DNA of 64,000 bases from the human T2T-CHM13v2.0 reference genome, Homo sapiens. Shown one piece after another: positions 11,974 to 26,444 of this stretch; position 1 is the first letter of the stretch, and each line of letters starts with the position of its first letter. The notes beneath the pieces were generated by a model. The model was not told the DNA's origin. It was given only the letters and a program-made list of their open reading frames with translations, and did not search any database. The stretch lies in NCBI RefSeq assembly GCF_009914755.1, contig NC_060936.1; one strand, written 5' to 3'. The position numbers and the translations under genes were made by a program.

Positions 11974-12711
11974 AAGTACTGACTACATGAGGAAAAGTTC
12001 AGTAAACATGGTTGACTCTAACGACCCTTAGATCCCTTCCTACCATATACACATATCAAAGCTAAGTAAAATGCCCAATTTTTAAATTCACAGATGAGCT
12101 TTAAATTAAGAAAAGAAAATCCCCAGGTGCTAGAAAAAAGACATAGCAGAAGATGGACAGAGAAAGCAATAGGTGGTGCAAGAATTTGGAGAGGGTGGAA
12201 CACAGGGATTCAGACTCTATCGGGACCCTAAGAAAATAGAGTGGGATTTTAACATCCACACCAGAACTGAAAACAACAAATTTTGGAAGCCAGAAAAGAT
12301 GATGATATTACTGATTCTTCTGATAAGAGTAGTAAGCTTTGAAGAATTATATCTCCTACAAAAAGAAACTTTTGAAACTTTAAAACTTTGCATGTTGGCC
12401 GAAGCTTGCCAGCTGCACGTGCCCTTGTGGAAAACCAATGCACCTATACTAAATGTCAAATCTCAAGCTTTGCCACTTGCAGGTACAAGGTCCGAGATCA
12501 CACTCCTCACTGATATGGAAATTCTAAAATCAAAAAGTAGCATTAAACTCCCAGGGTCTTCTGAAGAAGCAAATATAAGACTTCTTTTAAGTGACTTTCT
12601 ATGACTTCTGGTACACAAGAAGAAAATTCCTGCTGTGCAATAATAATAATAATAATTGTCATTGTTATTACTATTACACTGAGATAAAAGACTATGAAAA
12701 ATAGTCAAGAA

Positions 12712-12715
<4 letters not shown>

Positions 12716-12757
<42 letters not shown>
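12716..12757. repeat. (CA)n(GA)n compound microsatellite
   Basis: Seen directly. Confidence 0.95.
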
Positions 12758-12758
<1 letters not shown>

Positions 12759-13437
12759 AAAACAGAGAATTAGTATCTCATGACCTCAGGATATCAAAAA
12801 ATAAAGTGACAGAAAACATAAAATAAGAATGTTTAAGTGATTGGAGATATTTTTAAAGGGATATAAAAGAAATGAAATGACAGAATTGTATGAGAAAAGA
12901 GTAGACATATCTCAAAAGAAACCAAATAGAACTTCTAGCAATAAAAGTATGTTTAAAAACAATATTAAAAACCATTAGCTCTAATAAGCAGCAATAAAAC
13001 AGTGCTAAAAATTAGTGACCAAAAACATTGAAAACAAAAAGTCAGATGTGAGAATATTACTGAGAATGTGCCAAGACCGATAAAAAGAATGGAAAACATA
13101 AACAAAACATGAATGTTACAGTTAAAATAACCAACACACAACTAGTTAGAGATGTGGAATAACAGACTAGAAAGAATAGAAGTATATAGTATTATACATA
13201 ACATTTAAACAAATAACATTTAAAAGTTTTCAAAAATTAAAGAATATCATGAGGCTCTAACTCTGGGTAAAATGGATTAAGTACACTTTACCATTTCTCC
13301 CACTGAATGCCATCAAAATTCAACAGAATGTATAAAGTATTTGAGGACTCTGAAAATTACATGGTATCAAGCAAACTAGGAAAGAAAACCAGAGTTTGAA
13401 GTACTACCATACTGGCAGTGAGTTCTTTGTTTTGTTC

Positions 13438-13467
<30 letters not shown>
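13438..13467. repeat. (TTG)10 microsatellite
   Basis: Seen directly. Confidence 0.95.
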
Positions 13468-13470
<3 letters not shown>

Positions 13471-14925
13471 TTGGCTAGTCAACTGAAGCAGTAGGAGTGG
13501 AAAATGAACAAATAAATCTGTAATTGGTTGTGACCAATTAGTTGTAAGCACCACTGCACTCAGACCAGCCAGGCAATGATTACCAGCCAGGTAGTGGTCT
13601 AAGAAATAGACCATTACCCAGGTCACAGGCTGGCCTCTGTGTTGCACAGTTGCATACTACAAAGTCTTAAAACCACACAAAAGGAAGACAAGTCAAAATC
13701 TTCTGTCTAAATTCTAAAGAGTCAATCGCCTGCTTAAATTTCTAAAAATCCAACATTCACCACAGTACTTAACAAAATTCAGAGTTTTATAACTTAATAT
13801 TAAAATATTTAGGTTATAATAAAAAATTATTTGGCATATGGAGAACTAGAAAAACTTCAACTTAAATAAGAAAAATATAATCAACAGATACCAATGCCAA
13901 GATGACACAGATGTTGGAATTATCTGGAAAAGATTAAAGAAACTATTATAAAAATGCTCTAACAAATAAACACAAATACTCTTGAAACCAATGAAAGACA
14001 GAAAATGGCAGCAAATACATAAAAGATATAGAGAAGAACCAAGTGGAAATTTTAGAGCTGGAAAACAGAATAATTGAAATTAAAAACAAATAAACAAACA
14101 AAAATCATTAGAATGGGCCCAGTAGCTGAATGAAAATGATAAAGGAAAGAATCAGTGAGCTCGAAGACAGATCAATTAAAATTACCCAATCTGAACAAAA
14201 GGGAGAAGACTTTTTTTAAAAAATGAATATAGTCACAGGAACCTGTGGGACAAAACGAAAAGAAAATGTCATCAGAATTCCAAAAGGGGAGAAGAAAGAG
14301 TGCAGACATTTTGTTGTTGTTGTTAATCAAGAAAGAATGTTCTAAGATGTCTCAAATTTGGCAAAAGACATAAACTTACAGATTCAAGGAGCTCAGCAAA
14401 CTTCAACAGGATACACTTATAGGAATCCATAACCAGAGTGCTGAAAACAATAGAAAAATGGAACTATCAATAGAGAAGAAAAAATCCTAAAAGCAACAAG
14501 AAAAAATGGCATTACATATAGGGAAACAACAGTTTGAATGAATGCAAACCATGGAGGCCACAAAAAAGTGGAATTTTTTTTTCTAAGTGTCCAAAGAATT
14601 TTGTCATCCCAGAATTCTCTATCTGTTGAAAATACCCTTCAGGAATAAATATGAAAGAAAAACATTCTCAGATAAAGAAAATCTTTAAAAACTGATTGCC
14701 AATAGACCTACTCTAAAATTATTGCTAAAGAAATTTCTTCAGGCAGAAGAGAAATAATACCATAAAGATAACAGCATATCAGGAATGAAGAGTAGAAGTG
14801 GCAAATATCTGGGTTAAAAAATATACTATTCTTGAGTACTGTAAAATATGTTTGATGGTTATATTATTTTTCCATTGCTGCGGTAACAAATTACCACAAC
14901 TTTGGTGGATTAAAACAACACAGAT

Positions 14926-15749
<824 letters not shown>

Positions 15750-17597
15750 CACAAATTTATGATTTTATAAATCCAAAGGCCATAAGCCTGACACCAGACT
15801 CACCAAGCTAGAATCAAAGAATTGGCATGACTAAGCTTCACTCTGAAGACTCTAGGGAAGAATCTATTTCTATACCTTTTTTAACTTCTACAGGGTGTCT
15901 GCATTCCTTGGCTCATTGCCCCCTCCTTCAATCTTCAATCCAGCAACAGCAGGCAAAGTCTTTCTCACACTACACTCTCTCTGGTTCTCTGACTACAGTT
16001 TAGAAAGGGCCTTTGCTTTTAAGGATTTATATTTTTAGATTAGGACCCCCTGGATAATCCAGTATAGTCTCCCCATCTGAAGACCCTTTGCCTTAATCAC
16101 ATGTTCAAGTCTCTTTGCTATGTAAAGTAACACATTCACAGGTTCTAGGGATTAGGTTGTAGACATCTTTGGGACTCCATTCTCCTGGCTACCACAATGA
16201 TTGAAAGAAAATGTTTTTAAATTATCTAATGGAGTTTTAACATATGTAGATTTAATACATAAGACAAACACAACATAAAGATATGAGAATAAAGGGACCG
16301 ATATAATGGTAAGGTTTCCACATTCCAATTGAAGTAATAACATATGAACTCTAAGTAGATGATAAAAAGTGAAGTATGTATATCATAATTCTCTAGAGCA
16401 CCAACCCAAAATCCTATAATATAATAAAGATATAGTTAAGAGATACAACAGGTAAAATGGAATTCTAAAAATATTTAAATAACTTGAAAGAAAGCAGGAA
16501 ATAGTTAAGATAGAACAGAAAATAGAAAGAACAAAGGGAAACAATAAAATGGTAGGCCAAAATCCAAACGAGTCAATAATTGCCTTAAATACAAGTGGTC
16601 TAATCATAACAATTAAAAGACTGAACTCATCAGAAGGAATTTGAAAAATATAATCCCACTATATGTTATTAAAAAGAAATCTACTTCAAATATAATGAGG
16701 TAAGTTAAAGGTAAAGGATTAAAAATATATAAAAATATATATACTAGGTAAACATGAATCAAAAGAAAGTTGAATGTCATATGTGAATGTCAGAAAAAGC
16801 AAACTTTAGAGTACAAAAAATTATCAGGAAGAAAGAGGTACATTACAGAATAACAAAAGGGTTCACAATTAAGACACAACAATCCTAAGTATATATGCAC
16901 CTAACAGCAAAGCATCAAAATGTATGAAACATTTACCTGGAGAAAGAGTAATAGAACTGAAAGAAGAAGTAGACAGATCCACAATTCCATTTGGAAACAT
17001 CTACATTCCTCTTTCATAATCAATAAAAATCTCTAGTCTTATCTAGTTTCAACACTAAATTCCACCACATTTAAAGGATAATTAATAGCAATTTTACACA
17101 AATATTCCAGAAAATAAAGGAAAGGGAAACACTTCCCAACTTTTCGTATGACATTAGCCAAAACCAGACAAAGACAGTTACATAACAGAAAATAAAACTA
17201 GAACATAGACTCTAAATTTACCTTTGGAACATACGAAATCCTAAACAAAATATTATTAAGTTATATCTGGCAATATATAGAAAGGATAATAAACTACAAC
17301 AAGGTGGGGTTCATTCCAGAAATGCAAGGTTGATAAAATATTTTAAAATCAATCAAGATAATTCAGCACATTTACAACCTAAAGAAGGAAAAACGTGATT
17401 ATATCCACTGATGAAAACAATGATTTGACAAAATTCAACACCTAGTCACATTAAAATAAATAATTCACTGCAAAGCAAAATAAAAGGGAACTTCTTCAAT
17501 CTAATAAAGAGAACTTAAAAATATACATCTAATGAGGCAACATTGTATTGGAGATTATATTCAGTCTATCCAATGAGGCAATAAAAAGAAGTAAAAC

Positions 17598-17905
<308 letters not shown>

Positions 17906-18687
17906 AAAAAGAAATAAAAGTTCTTCACATTGAGAAGGAAGAAATAAATGTTTTCCCTAAATGATATGGTCATCTACCTTTAAAAAATCCCAAAGCATAT
18001 GTGAGAAAGCTACTGCAACTAGTAAGTGGGTTGGCAAGGTTGCAGAATACAAAGTCAATATACAGAAATCAATTCTATTTGTATATCCTAGCAAGAAATA
18101 ATTAAAAATACAATTTAAAAAATATATGATTTATAACAGCATTAAAAAACATGAAATACTTATGAAGAAAAATAAAATACAGGCAAGATTTTACACAAAA
18201 AACTATAGAACTTTGCTGAGTGAAATTAAAAAATACCTAAGTGGATAAAAAGATCTACGTGCTCACAGATACATATAGTTCTTATTGTTAAGATATCAAT
18301 TATCTTCATATTGATATAAAGATTCAAGAAAATCTCAATAAAAATCCCAGCAGGCTATTTTGTAGCAATTAATAAGCTGATTTTTAAATTTATATGGAAA
18401 AATCAAAGAAAACAGAAAAGCCAAAAATTTTTTTGAAAAAGAGTAAAATCAGAGGATTCACAGTATCTGACTTCAATACTATACTATAAAGCTATAGAAA
18501 TCAAGACAGTATAGTTTTAGCATAAGGCTAGACATAAAAATTAATGGAATAAAGTAAAGAGCATAGGAATAGACATATATATATATAATGGTTAATTGAT
18601 TTTTTACAAAGATATCAAGATTTTTCAATGGATAAAAGATAATCTTTTGAACAATGATGCCAGAACAATGGAACATCCATATAGTAA

Positions 18688-18755
18688 GGAAGGAAGGAAG
18701 GAAGGAAGGAAGGAAGGAAGGAAGGAAGGAAGGAAGGAAGGAAGGAAGGAAGGAA
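18688..18755 (+). repeat. Perfect (GGAA)17 microsatellite
   Basis: 68 bp of uninterrupted GGAA, counted directly. Confidence 0.97.
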
Positions 18756-19129
18756 GAAAGGGAGAGAATCCTCATCTTATCTTGCATCATACACAATAAT
18801 TAACCTAAAGTGGATTATAAGCTTATGTGTAAAAGCTAAAACTATAAAACTTTTAGAATAAAATTGTTGTGACTTGGGTTAGGCAAAGATTTCTTAAGCA
18901 GGACACAAAATGCACATATATCAAAAGAAAAAATCGAGAAATTATACTTCATCAAAATTAAAAACTTCTAGCTTTTTGAAAGATACCATCAAGAAAATTA
19001 AAAGTCAAGCAATAAAATAGGACAAAATATTAAAGGACTTGTATTCAGATTATATAAATAACTCTTATAATTCAGTAGGACCAAAAAATTCAATTAAAAA
19101 AGATAGGCAAAATATTTATTTTTTGCACT

Positions 19130-20980
19130 TTTTTAAAATTAATACATAATAGATGTACATAGTTTTGAGGTATATGAGATAATTTAATACACTCATATAA
19201 TTTGTAAAGATCAAATAAGTGTATTGGAATATCCATCATCTTAAATATTTGCATTTTCTTTATGTTAGAACCATCCAAATTATTCTCTTCTAGCTATTTT
19301 GAAATGTGCAATAGATTATTGTAAACTATAGTCACCCTACTGATCTATGTTAACACTAAGTCTTATTTCTTGTGTCCAATCATATATTTGTACCATTAAT
19401 CAACTTCTCTTCATCCTCCCCTCCCCGCTAAACTTCCCAGCCTCTGATAAGCAACAATATAATCTCTGTCTTTATGAGATCTATTTTTTTTTAGCTCCCA
19501 TATATGAGTGACAACATGCGATATTAATCTTTTTGTGTTTGGCTGATTCTACTTCACATAATTACCTCCTATTTACTGAATATTATTGCATGTGTACATA
19601 TACTACCTTTTCTTCATCCATTCATCCAGTGATAGACACTTAGTTTGATTCGTAGTTTGGCTACTGTGAATAGTGCTGAATGAGCATGGGAGTGCGTATG
19701 CCTTTTTGATATATTGATTTCCTTTCTCTTGGATAAATAGCCAGTAGTGGAATTGCTGTATCATATGGCAGCTCTTTTTTAGTTTTTGTTTGTTTGTTTG
19801 CTTGTTTTAGCAATGAGATTTCACTATATTCCACCGGCTGGTCTCGAACTCCTGGGCTTAAGCGAACTTCCTGCCTCGGCCTTCCAAAGTGCTGGGATTA
19901 CAGGTGTGAGCTACTGCATCTGGCCCTTATTTTTGGTTTTTTGAGAAGCCTCCATACTTTTCTCAAAAGTGGCCGTAGTAATTTACATTTCCACCAAGAG
20001 TATACAAGGGTTCCCCTTTCTCCATATCCTCACTAGCATCCATTATTGCCTGTCTTTTTTATAAAAGCCGTTTTAACTGGGGGGAGACACCAATCTCATC
20101 AGAATTTTGCATTTATCTGGTGATTAGTGATGTTGAGCATTTTTTTCATATACCTATTGGTCATGTGTGTGTCTTCTTTTGAGAAATGTCTGTTCAGATT
20201 TTTACCCATTTTTTAATCAAATTATTTGGGGTTTGGGGGGATTATTGTGTGTGTGTGTGTGTGTGTGTTGTTGTTGTTGTTGTTTTTGTTGTTGTTGTTT
20301 TGCTATTGAGTTGTTTGAGCTCCTTATATTCTGGTTATTAATCCCTTGTCAGGTGGGTACTTTGCAAATATTTTCTCCCACTTTGTGGGTTGTCTCTTTC
20401 GTTTTGTTGATTGTTTCCTTTGCTGTGCAGAAGATTTTTAGCTTGATGCAATCCCATTTGTCTAATTTTGCTTTGGTTCTCTGTGCTTTTGAGGTCTTAC
20501 ACAAAAACTCTTTGCTGAGACCAATATCCTGGAGCATTGGCCTAATGTTTTCTTCTAGTAGTTTCATAGTTTCAGTATTAGAGTTAAGCCTTTAATCCAT
20601 TTTGATATGATTTGATTTTTGTGTATGGTGAGAGATAGCAGACTAGTTTCAATCTTCTGCATATGTTTACCCAATTTTCCCAGAACCACTCATTGAAGAC
20701 TGTCTTTTCCCCATTGTATGTTCTTGGCACCTTTGTTGAAGATGAATTGGCTCAAAATGTGTGAATCTATATCTGGGTCCACTACTTTGTTCCATTGGTC
20801 TATGTATCTGTTTTTATGCCAGTATCATGCTGATTTGGTTACTATAGCTTTGTAGCAAATTTTAAAGTCAGGTATTGTGATGCCTTTGGTTTTGTTCTTT
20901 CGGCTAAGGATTACTTTAGCTATTTGAGGTCTTTCGTGGTTCTAAATAAATTTAGGATTTTATCTAATTCTGTGATGAAT
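19130..20980 (-). mobile_element. L1MA-type 3' portion (3'UTR and ORF2 C-terminus)
   Basis: Minus-strand ORF 20349-20567 [20 protein letters not shown]...[11 protein letters not shown] is L1 ORF2-like; L1MA-like 3'UTR at left. Confidence 0.85.
19783..19925 (-). mobile_element. FLAM/Alu monomer inside the L1
   Basis: Single Alu arm (ctggtctcgaactcctgggc...ccaaagtgctgggattacagg). Confidence 0.8.
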
Positions 20981-20986
20981 GAACAG

Positions 20987-21185
20987 TTGGTTTTTTTTTT
21001 TTTTTTGAAAGTTAAACTATTTGACAAACCTTCACCTGGACTAAGAAAAAAAGAGAGAAGACCCAAATAAATAAAATCGGAAATGAAAAAGGGGACATAA
21101 CAAATTAGACAACAGAAATGCAAAGAATGATTAGAGACTATAATGAATAACTGTACATCAACAAACTGTAAAACCTAAAAATAAA
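20987..21185 (+). mobile_element. L1 ORF2 fragment inverted relative to the adjacent L1
   Basis: aagagagaagacccaaataaataaaatc...gaaaaaggggacataaca...gagactataatgaataactgta is L1 ORF2 in + orientation. Confidence 0.75.
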
Positions 21186-21809
21186 GAAAAAAAATTAAAA
21201 TTAAGAAGCAATATATCAAACTGGGAATGATTAGGTATGATATAAAAAGGAATAGTAAGCGGGATAAAATAATTTTATAGCAAAGGTGGCTTTCCATACA
21301 AATCATATTCTTATTCACGTGTCGACAATAGGAAGTATAAGAGATGACCTATTTGGAACATGGGAGGGGATTAGGTTTTAGTCAACATTCTTCGTATTCA
21401 CCAAAGAATGTTGTGTGAATGTGGAATCATGATACAACTGCCATAAAATAAAAAAAAAATAAATAAATAAATAAGAGAAGTATTGCTTCAAACACAGTTC
21501 TAAAAGCAACATAGTAAAAAGAAAGGAGTTTGGAACTTAGGAGCTCTGGGGTCGAGTCCCTGTCCCTGCTTTCCTAAGCCAGACACAAATTCCCTGCACC
21601 TGTTATCAGAGTTGCATAATAACTAATGCCTATCTACCCAAGGACTGCTGGGGGTCAAGTCTACATTGCCATGCTGTACATGAATGCCAGTTCTTCCTGT
21701 TGTTGTGACCTTAAACTATGCCACATCAGGATTGGCCTATTTTTATCACTCCCTCTTTGTGAGGCCAAATAATGGTAATTTAAATCAGACCATAGGAATA
21801 GGCAAGGAA

Positions 21810-21893
21810 AAGAGAACTGGAAATGTAAATAAGGTTTACCAAACAGCACTGTAAGAGAACTGAAAATGTGAATAAGGTTTACCAAATAGCACT
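21810..21893. repeat. 43-bp-period tandem duplication
   Basis: aagagaactggaaatgtaaataaggtttaccaaacagcact followed by aagagaactgaaaatgtgaataaggtttaccaaatagcact. Confidence 0.9.
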
Positions 21894-23305
21894 AGTGACC
21901 TTTACTGGTTAGAAAAATATATACAGCATTCCGGGCACAGGACTGACTTACTGGCTTATCATATGCATTAGTCTTCAAGAGCCATGAGTCATCAGTTCAA
22001 AAGCTTATCCCACCATGCAGCCCTTATTTTTAACTGCCAATAGACAAGCAGAGTGAGCATTGGCTGCTTTTTCAATACACTACGGTACTTAATGTTCATC
22101 TGAATAGAATGAAGCATCCACATGGACCCAGCCGGTGAGCTGGCTTCTGGTCCTGTTTAAGGTTTTCTATTAAAAGATAGGGCTTTGCCTATCATTAGGG
22201 GACAAGTGACTGTTAACGTGAAAGGCTAAATACCAGAATATTCTTAGTGATATCCAGAAATCGGCTTTACTTATATCAGATTTTTTTCTCTTCAGCCTGT
22301 AAACTTAAATCCATAAACAATAAATATAGCAGTCATTAAAAATTCCATTTTCAAAGGGAGATTTTTATTTTATTCTGCCTCTGCTACCGTCAAAAATAAT
22401 TCTCTTTTTCTAAGGCTATACGTAGTCCACACCTTAAAGAAAATTTATTAAGTTCAGTCCTCAGGATGCAATAATTCAAAATCTTTCCTGACTCATCACA
22501 TAATTATTGCTAGTGCTCAGCTACTGCCATTAGAATCTTCTTTTTGATGAACATGTAGTTGCTAGATGGAAATCTTAGGCCGGGTTTCCCAAATGCATGT
22601 CTTGAGAACAGGGATAAGCTTATGTTAGTATCTAAAAAGGCTGGCAGGGATCCAGATTCAGCATTAGTTCAGCCAAAGTGTCTGTTCACATGTATCATTT
22701 AGTCCTCTGACAGGAATAAATGCCCCTAGAGTTCCGTCACTCTGCTAGAGCCTCCCTCTATCTCCAGCTTGACAGTCTTGGCCAAAGGCTGGAGCTGAGA
22801 ATGCAAACATAAAGAAAGAGCTGCTGAGTGAGCAAGAAAATAAATGTGGGAGTGGCACAGGTGCTGTTCAGGTCATCCTTATCCTTTCCCTATACAGGCT
22901 GACTCTTAGTATTCACAGCGCTAAGTACAGGACTTGCCGGGAAGACTGGCCATCATTTAGGATCATATAATAGAAAAGCATGTAAAGTTCTCATTTTGCA
23001 AACCACGACACAGACAAGTCAAGTAATTTGTTCAAAATCACGCAACTAATTAATTTCAGAGTAGCTCTTAAGCCTTGTTCTCCAACTTTATTCATTTATT
23101 CAAGAGGTATTTGTGGAGGTGACTCCAGAGTTCATTCTCTAAACCCCTTCTCTATAGCTGTCTCCTTTAAAAGTTGTTAGAAAACTTAATCTAGTGAATT
23201 CCAGGCTTAGTCAATCACGTCTATGTTTTTTTCAGGTCACCTCCAGTTTAAAACCAGTTCAAAATTTTCTCCCCCCATATCATTGCCCCCAAGGGTTCAC
23301 ACATT

Positions 23306-23637
23306 TATTTTTCTTTATTTTCTTTATTTTTTTATTTTATTTTATTTTATTTTTTTTGATACAGAGTCTCACTCTGTCACCCAGGCTGGAGTACAATGGT
23401 GGCATCTTGGCTCACCGCAATCTCCACCTCCTGGGTTCAAGCGATTCTCTCACCCCAGCCTCCTGAGTAGCTGGGATTACAGGCACCCGCCATCATGCCA
23501 GGCTAATTTCTGTATTTCTGTAGAGACAGGGTTTCATCATGTTAGCAAGGCTGGTCTTGAACTCCTGACCTCAGGTGATCCACCCGCCTCGGCATCCCCA
23601 AGTTCTAGGACTACAGGCGTAAGCCACCGCACCCAGC
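23306..23637 (-). mobile_element. Alu (AluS-like)
   Basis: Reverse Alu; 15-bp TSD agggttca(c/t)acattt. Confidence 0.95.
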
Positions 23638-23996
23638 AGGGTTCATACATTTCATTATGACTACTAGTAGTGGAAAAGGCACCTTCTCTATCGCTGCCCC
23701 TCCAGGTTAAGATATGCTACTGGTGTCCAAATTAACCCCTACTATTTGGTCATCTGCCCCCTTCTGAGGTGTTCTTCACTCAGAGGACACCATACTTGTT
23801 CTCCATGCCCTGCCATTATGGCTACAGCTTTTTGAGTTTACTAGGCCTACCAGCTATCCAAATAACAATTTCAAATAGACTGGCACCCAGAAGAGAGGTC
23901 TGGACTATACCAGTGATGATACCTAAGGCCATGGGAGCAGATCTTGCTAAAATTATCCACACTCCAATCCCTAGCAGATTCACATGCAATATGCAC

Positions 23997-24106
23997 CTTC
24001 TAATAATGTTCTTGTAGTTCTTCTGCAGGATGTCCCCATAAAGGGTCCTCTGCTCTCGGCTCAGAAACTACCACTGCTGGAGCTCGGACCCAATGGGGCC
24101 ATGTTC
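23997..24106 (-). pseudogene. Degenerate KRAB-A-box-like coding fossil
   Basis: Minus frame reads QQW*FLSREQRTLYGDILQKNYKNII, resembling the KRAB-A core EEW..L...QR.LYRDVM.ENY.NL. Confidence 0.5.
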
Positions 24107-24984
24107 CTTACAAGTTAAGATCTTCCATGTTATTGTCATTGTTGTATTATTGAATTTTTGTTCATTCTTAATTTTTAAAGTGATTAGATGTTATTCTCTT
24201 TAAATTTTTTCTCTTTATTTGTAACACTGATTTTTTTTCCTCCTGTGGGTCATGATTCTGTATAGAAAAGGGATTTTTCTACCTTTCCCACTAGACTGAA
24301 AGCTCTACTGTAAGAACAGAGCTTGAGTCTACCTTAGTCATATGATTAAGGGCCAAGCATGACATCAGGCAGAAAATTGGAGCTCAATGCATGCATATTT
24401 GTTTAATCAAGTTGAAATGGAATTTCCTCTCTCTCCTCTTATTTAATTGGGTAGAATATGGTTCCATCCCCTGCCTTGAGAGGATCTCAGAACAATATGT
24501 TTTGCTAATTATGCAAATATATTTATCAACTGTATGAGTAAAGTAGCCTATAATTTAAAGACTGAGGACTTGTTTTCAAACACATCACAGTAATGAAATG
24601 AGCCTATTCCAACAGTATATTCATGGTGCTATGGTTTCCTTTCTAAGCCTGGTGATTGTTTCACACTGGGCAAGACATCTGGTGAAGTTGAGAGGCTGTC
24701 ACCCAGCTGAGAGAATATGTGCATGGTTGGGAGTAGAATTTCCTTACATCTTTTTAAAGATATGAGCATTTGAAAATGAAATCATTATGTGAAGATCAAT
24801 ATATGAAGGTGCAAGAGTGAACAGTTTACTGGGATGACTTGAGTAGAGGTAGAAATGCCATCAGAGTGACAGACAGCATCCCAGGCTTCTACTTCCAATT
24901 CTGTTACTGTCCAACTGGGCAGGTCAAAGAATCTTCTCCATCACCACCACCATGCTACTAGCATCATGATTATCATAATAATAT

Positions 24985-25530
<546 letters not shown>

Positions 25531-25624
25531 ATTAAAAAAAATCATAATCCTACAGAGGATGTTATTTAAACTCATTTGGAAATTCACATACCAAAGAAAC
25601 TGTGATTCACAATACTCTATCAGT

Positions 25625-25860
25625 CCACATAGTCATTTCCTAGGGCTGCCATAACAAATTTCCACAAACTGGGTGGCTTAACCCAACAGAAATTTATTAT
25701 CTTACAATTCTGGAGGTTAGAAGTCTGAAATCAGGTAATGGTAGAATCATGCTCCCTGTGAAGCCCCTAGAGAAGGATCCTCACTTGCCTCTTCCTGCCT
25801 CTGGCAGACCCAGGAATTTCCTGGTTTGTGGCAGCAGAACTCCAATCTCTGACTCCAACA
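25625..25860 (-). mobile_element. MLT1 LTR fragment
   Basis: tttcctagggctgccataacaaatttccacaaactgggtggcttaa...cagaaatttatt. Confidence 0.75.
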
Positions 25861-26444
25861 CCCAAATTCTTAATCAGTTCTTTCTATAGAACCCTTTGAG
25901 CCTCAGTTTTCTCTCCAATTTTCTCTATCAGATATAAAGTTAATACATCAAGTCATTTTCAATTCTGAAATTTTATTATTCTAAATAAAACATAGCCAAA
26001 TTAACCCTTAACATATTTAGAAATATATGTATAATCACATAATCATGATTTTGCCAATAATAATTTCACATATAGGATCAGTCCTCACTTAACTAACAAG
26101 TGTTAGCATTATTTTAAACACAGCTAAATTAAGTATTTCTGGGATCTGCTTGGTATCTCTTTACCACTCAGAGAGGGTAGAGGGAGAGTTAGTGGCTTCC
26201 TCATTGCATATCAGGAGTAACTGCCGAGCAGGCACCTGTTCTGTCTTAAACCAGACTGACTATAGGATTTGATGTTAGCTGTGTTCCTGTGCCCAGTACC
26301 GAAGCAAGCATGACGGATGGGGTGCCCCAAGCCTTCTAATTTTGAATGTCCATGTAGCATCCTAAATAATGAGAATAAGAGCTATCACTGAAGAATTTTC
26401 TTCCTGCCCTTAGGACAGTATCCAAAATCCTAAACTTGGCCTAC

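Noticed and set aside
12173-12604. 143-aa ORF on +
   Set aside because: Non-ATG start, lies in decayed L1M-like sequence, no recognisable homology or splice structure
13357-13647. Poly-Q-containing ORF
   Set aside because: Artefact of the (TTG)10 microsatellite
23880-23930. Possible KRAB-B-like (SPDL) segment downstream of the KRAB-A-like fossil
   Set aside because: Only three residues match and the frame does not fit; indistinguishable from chance
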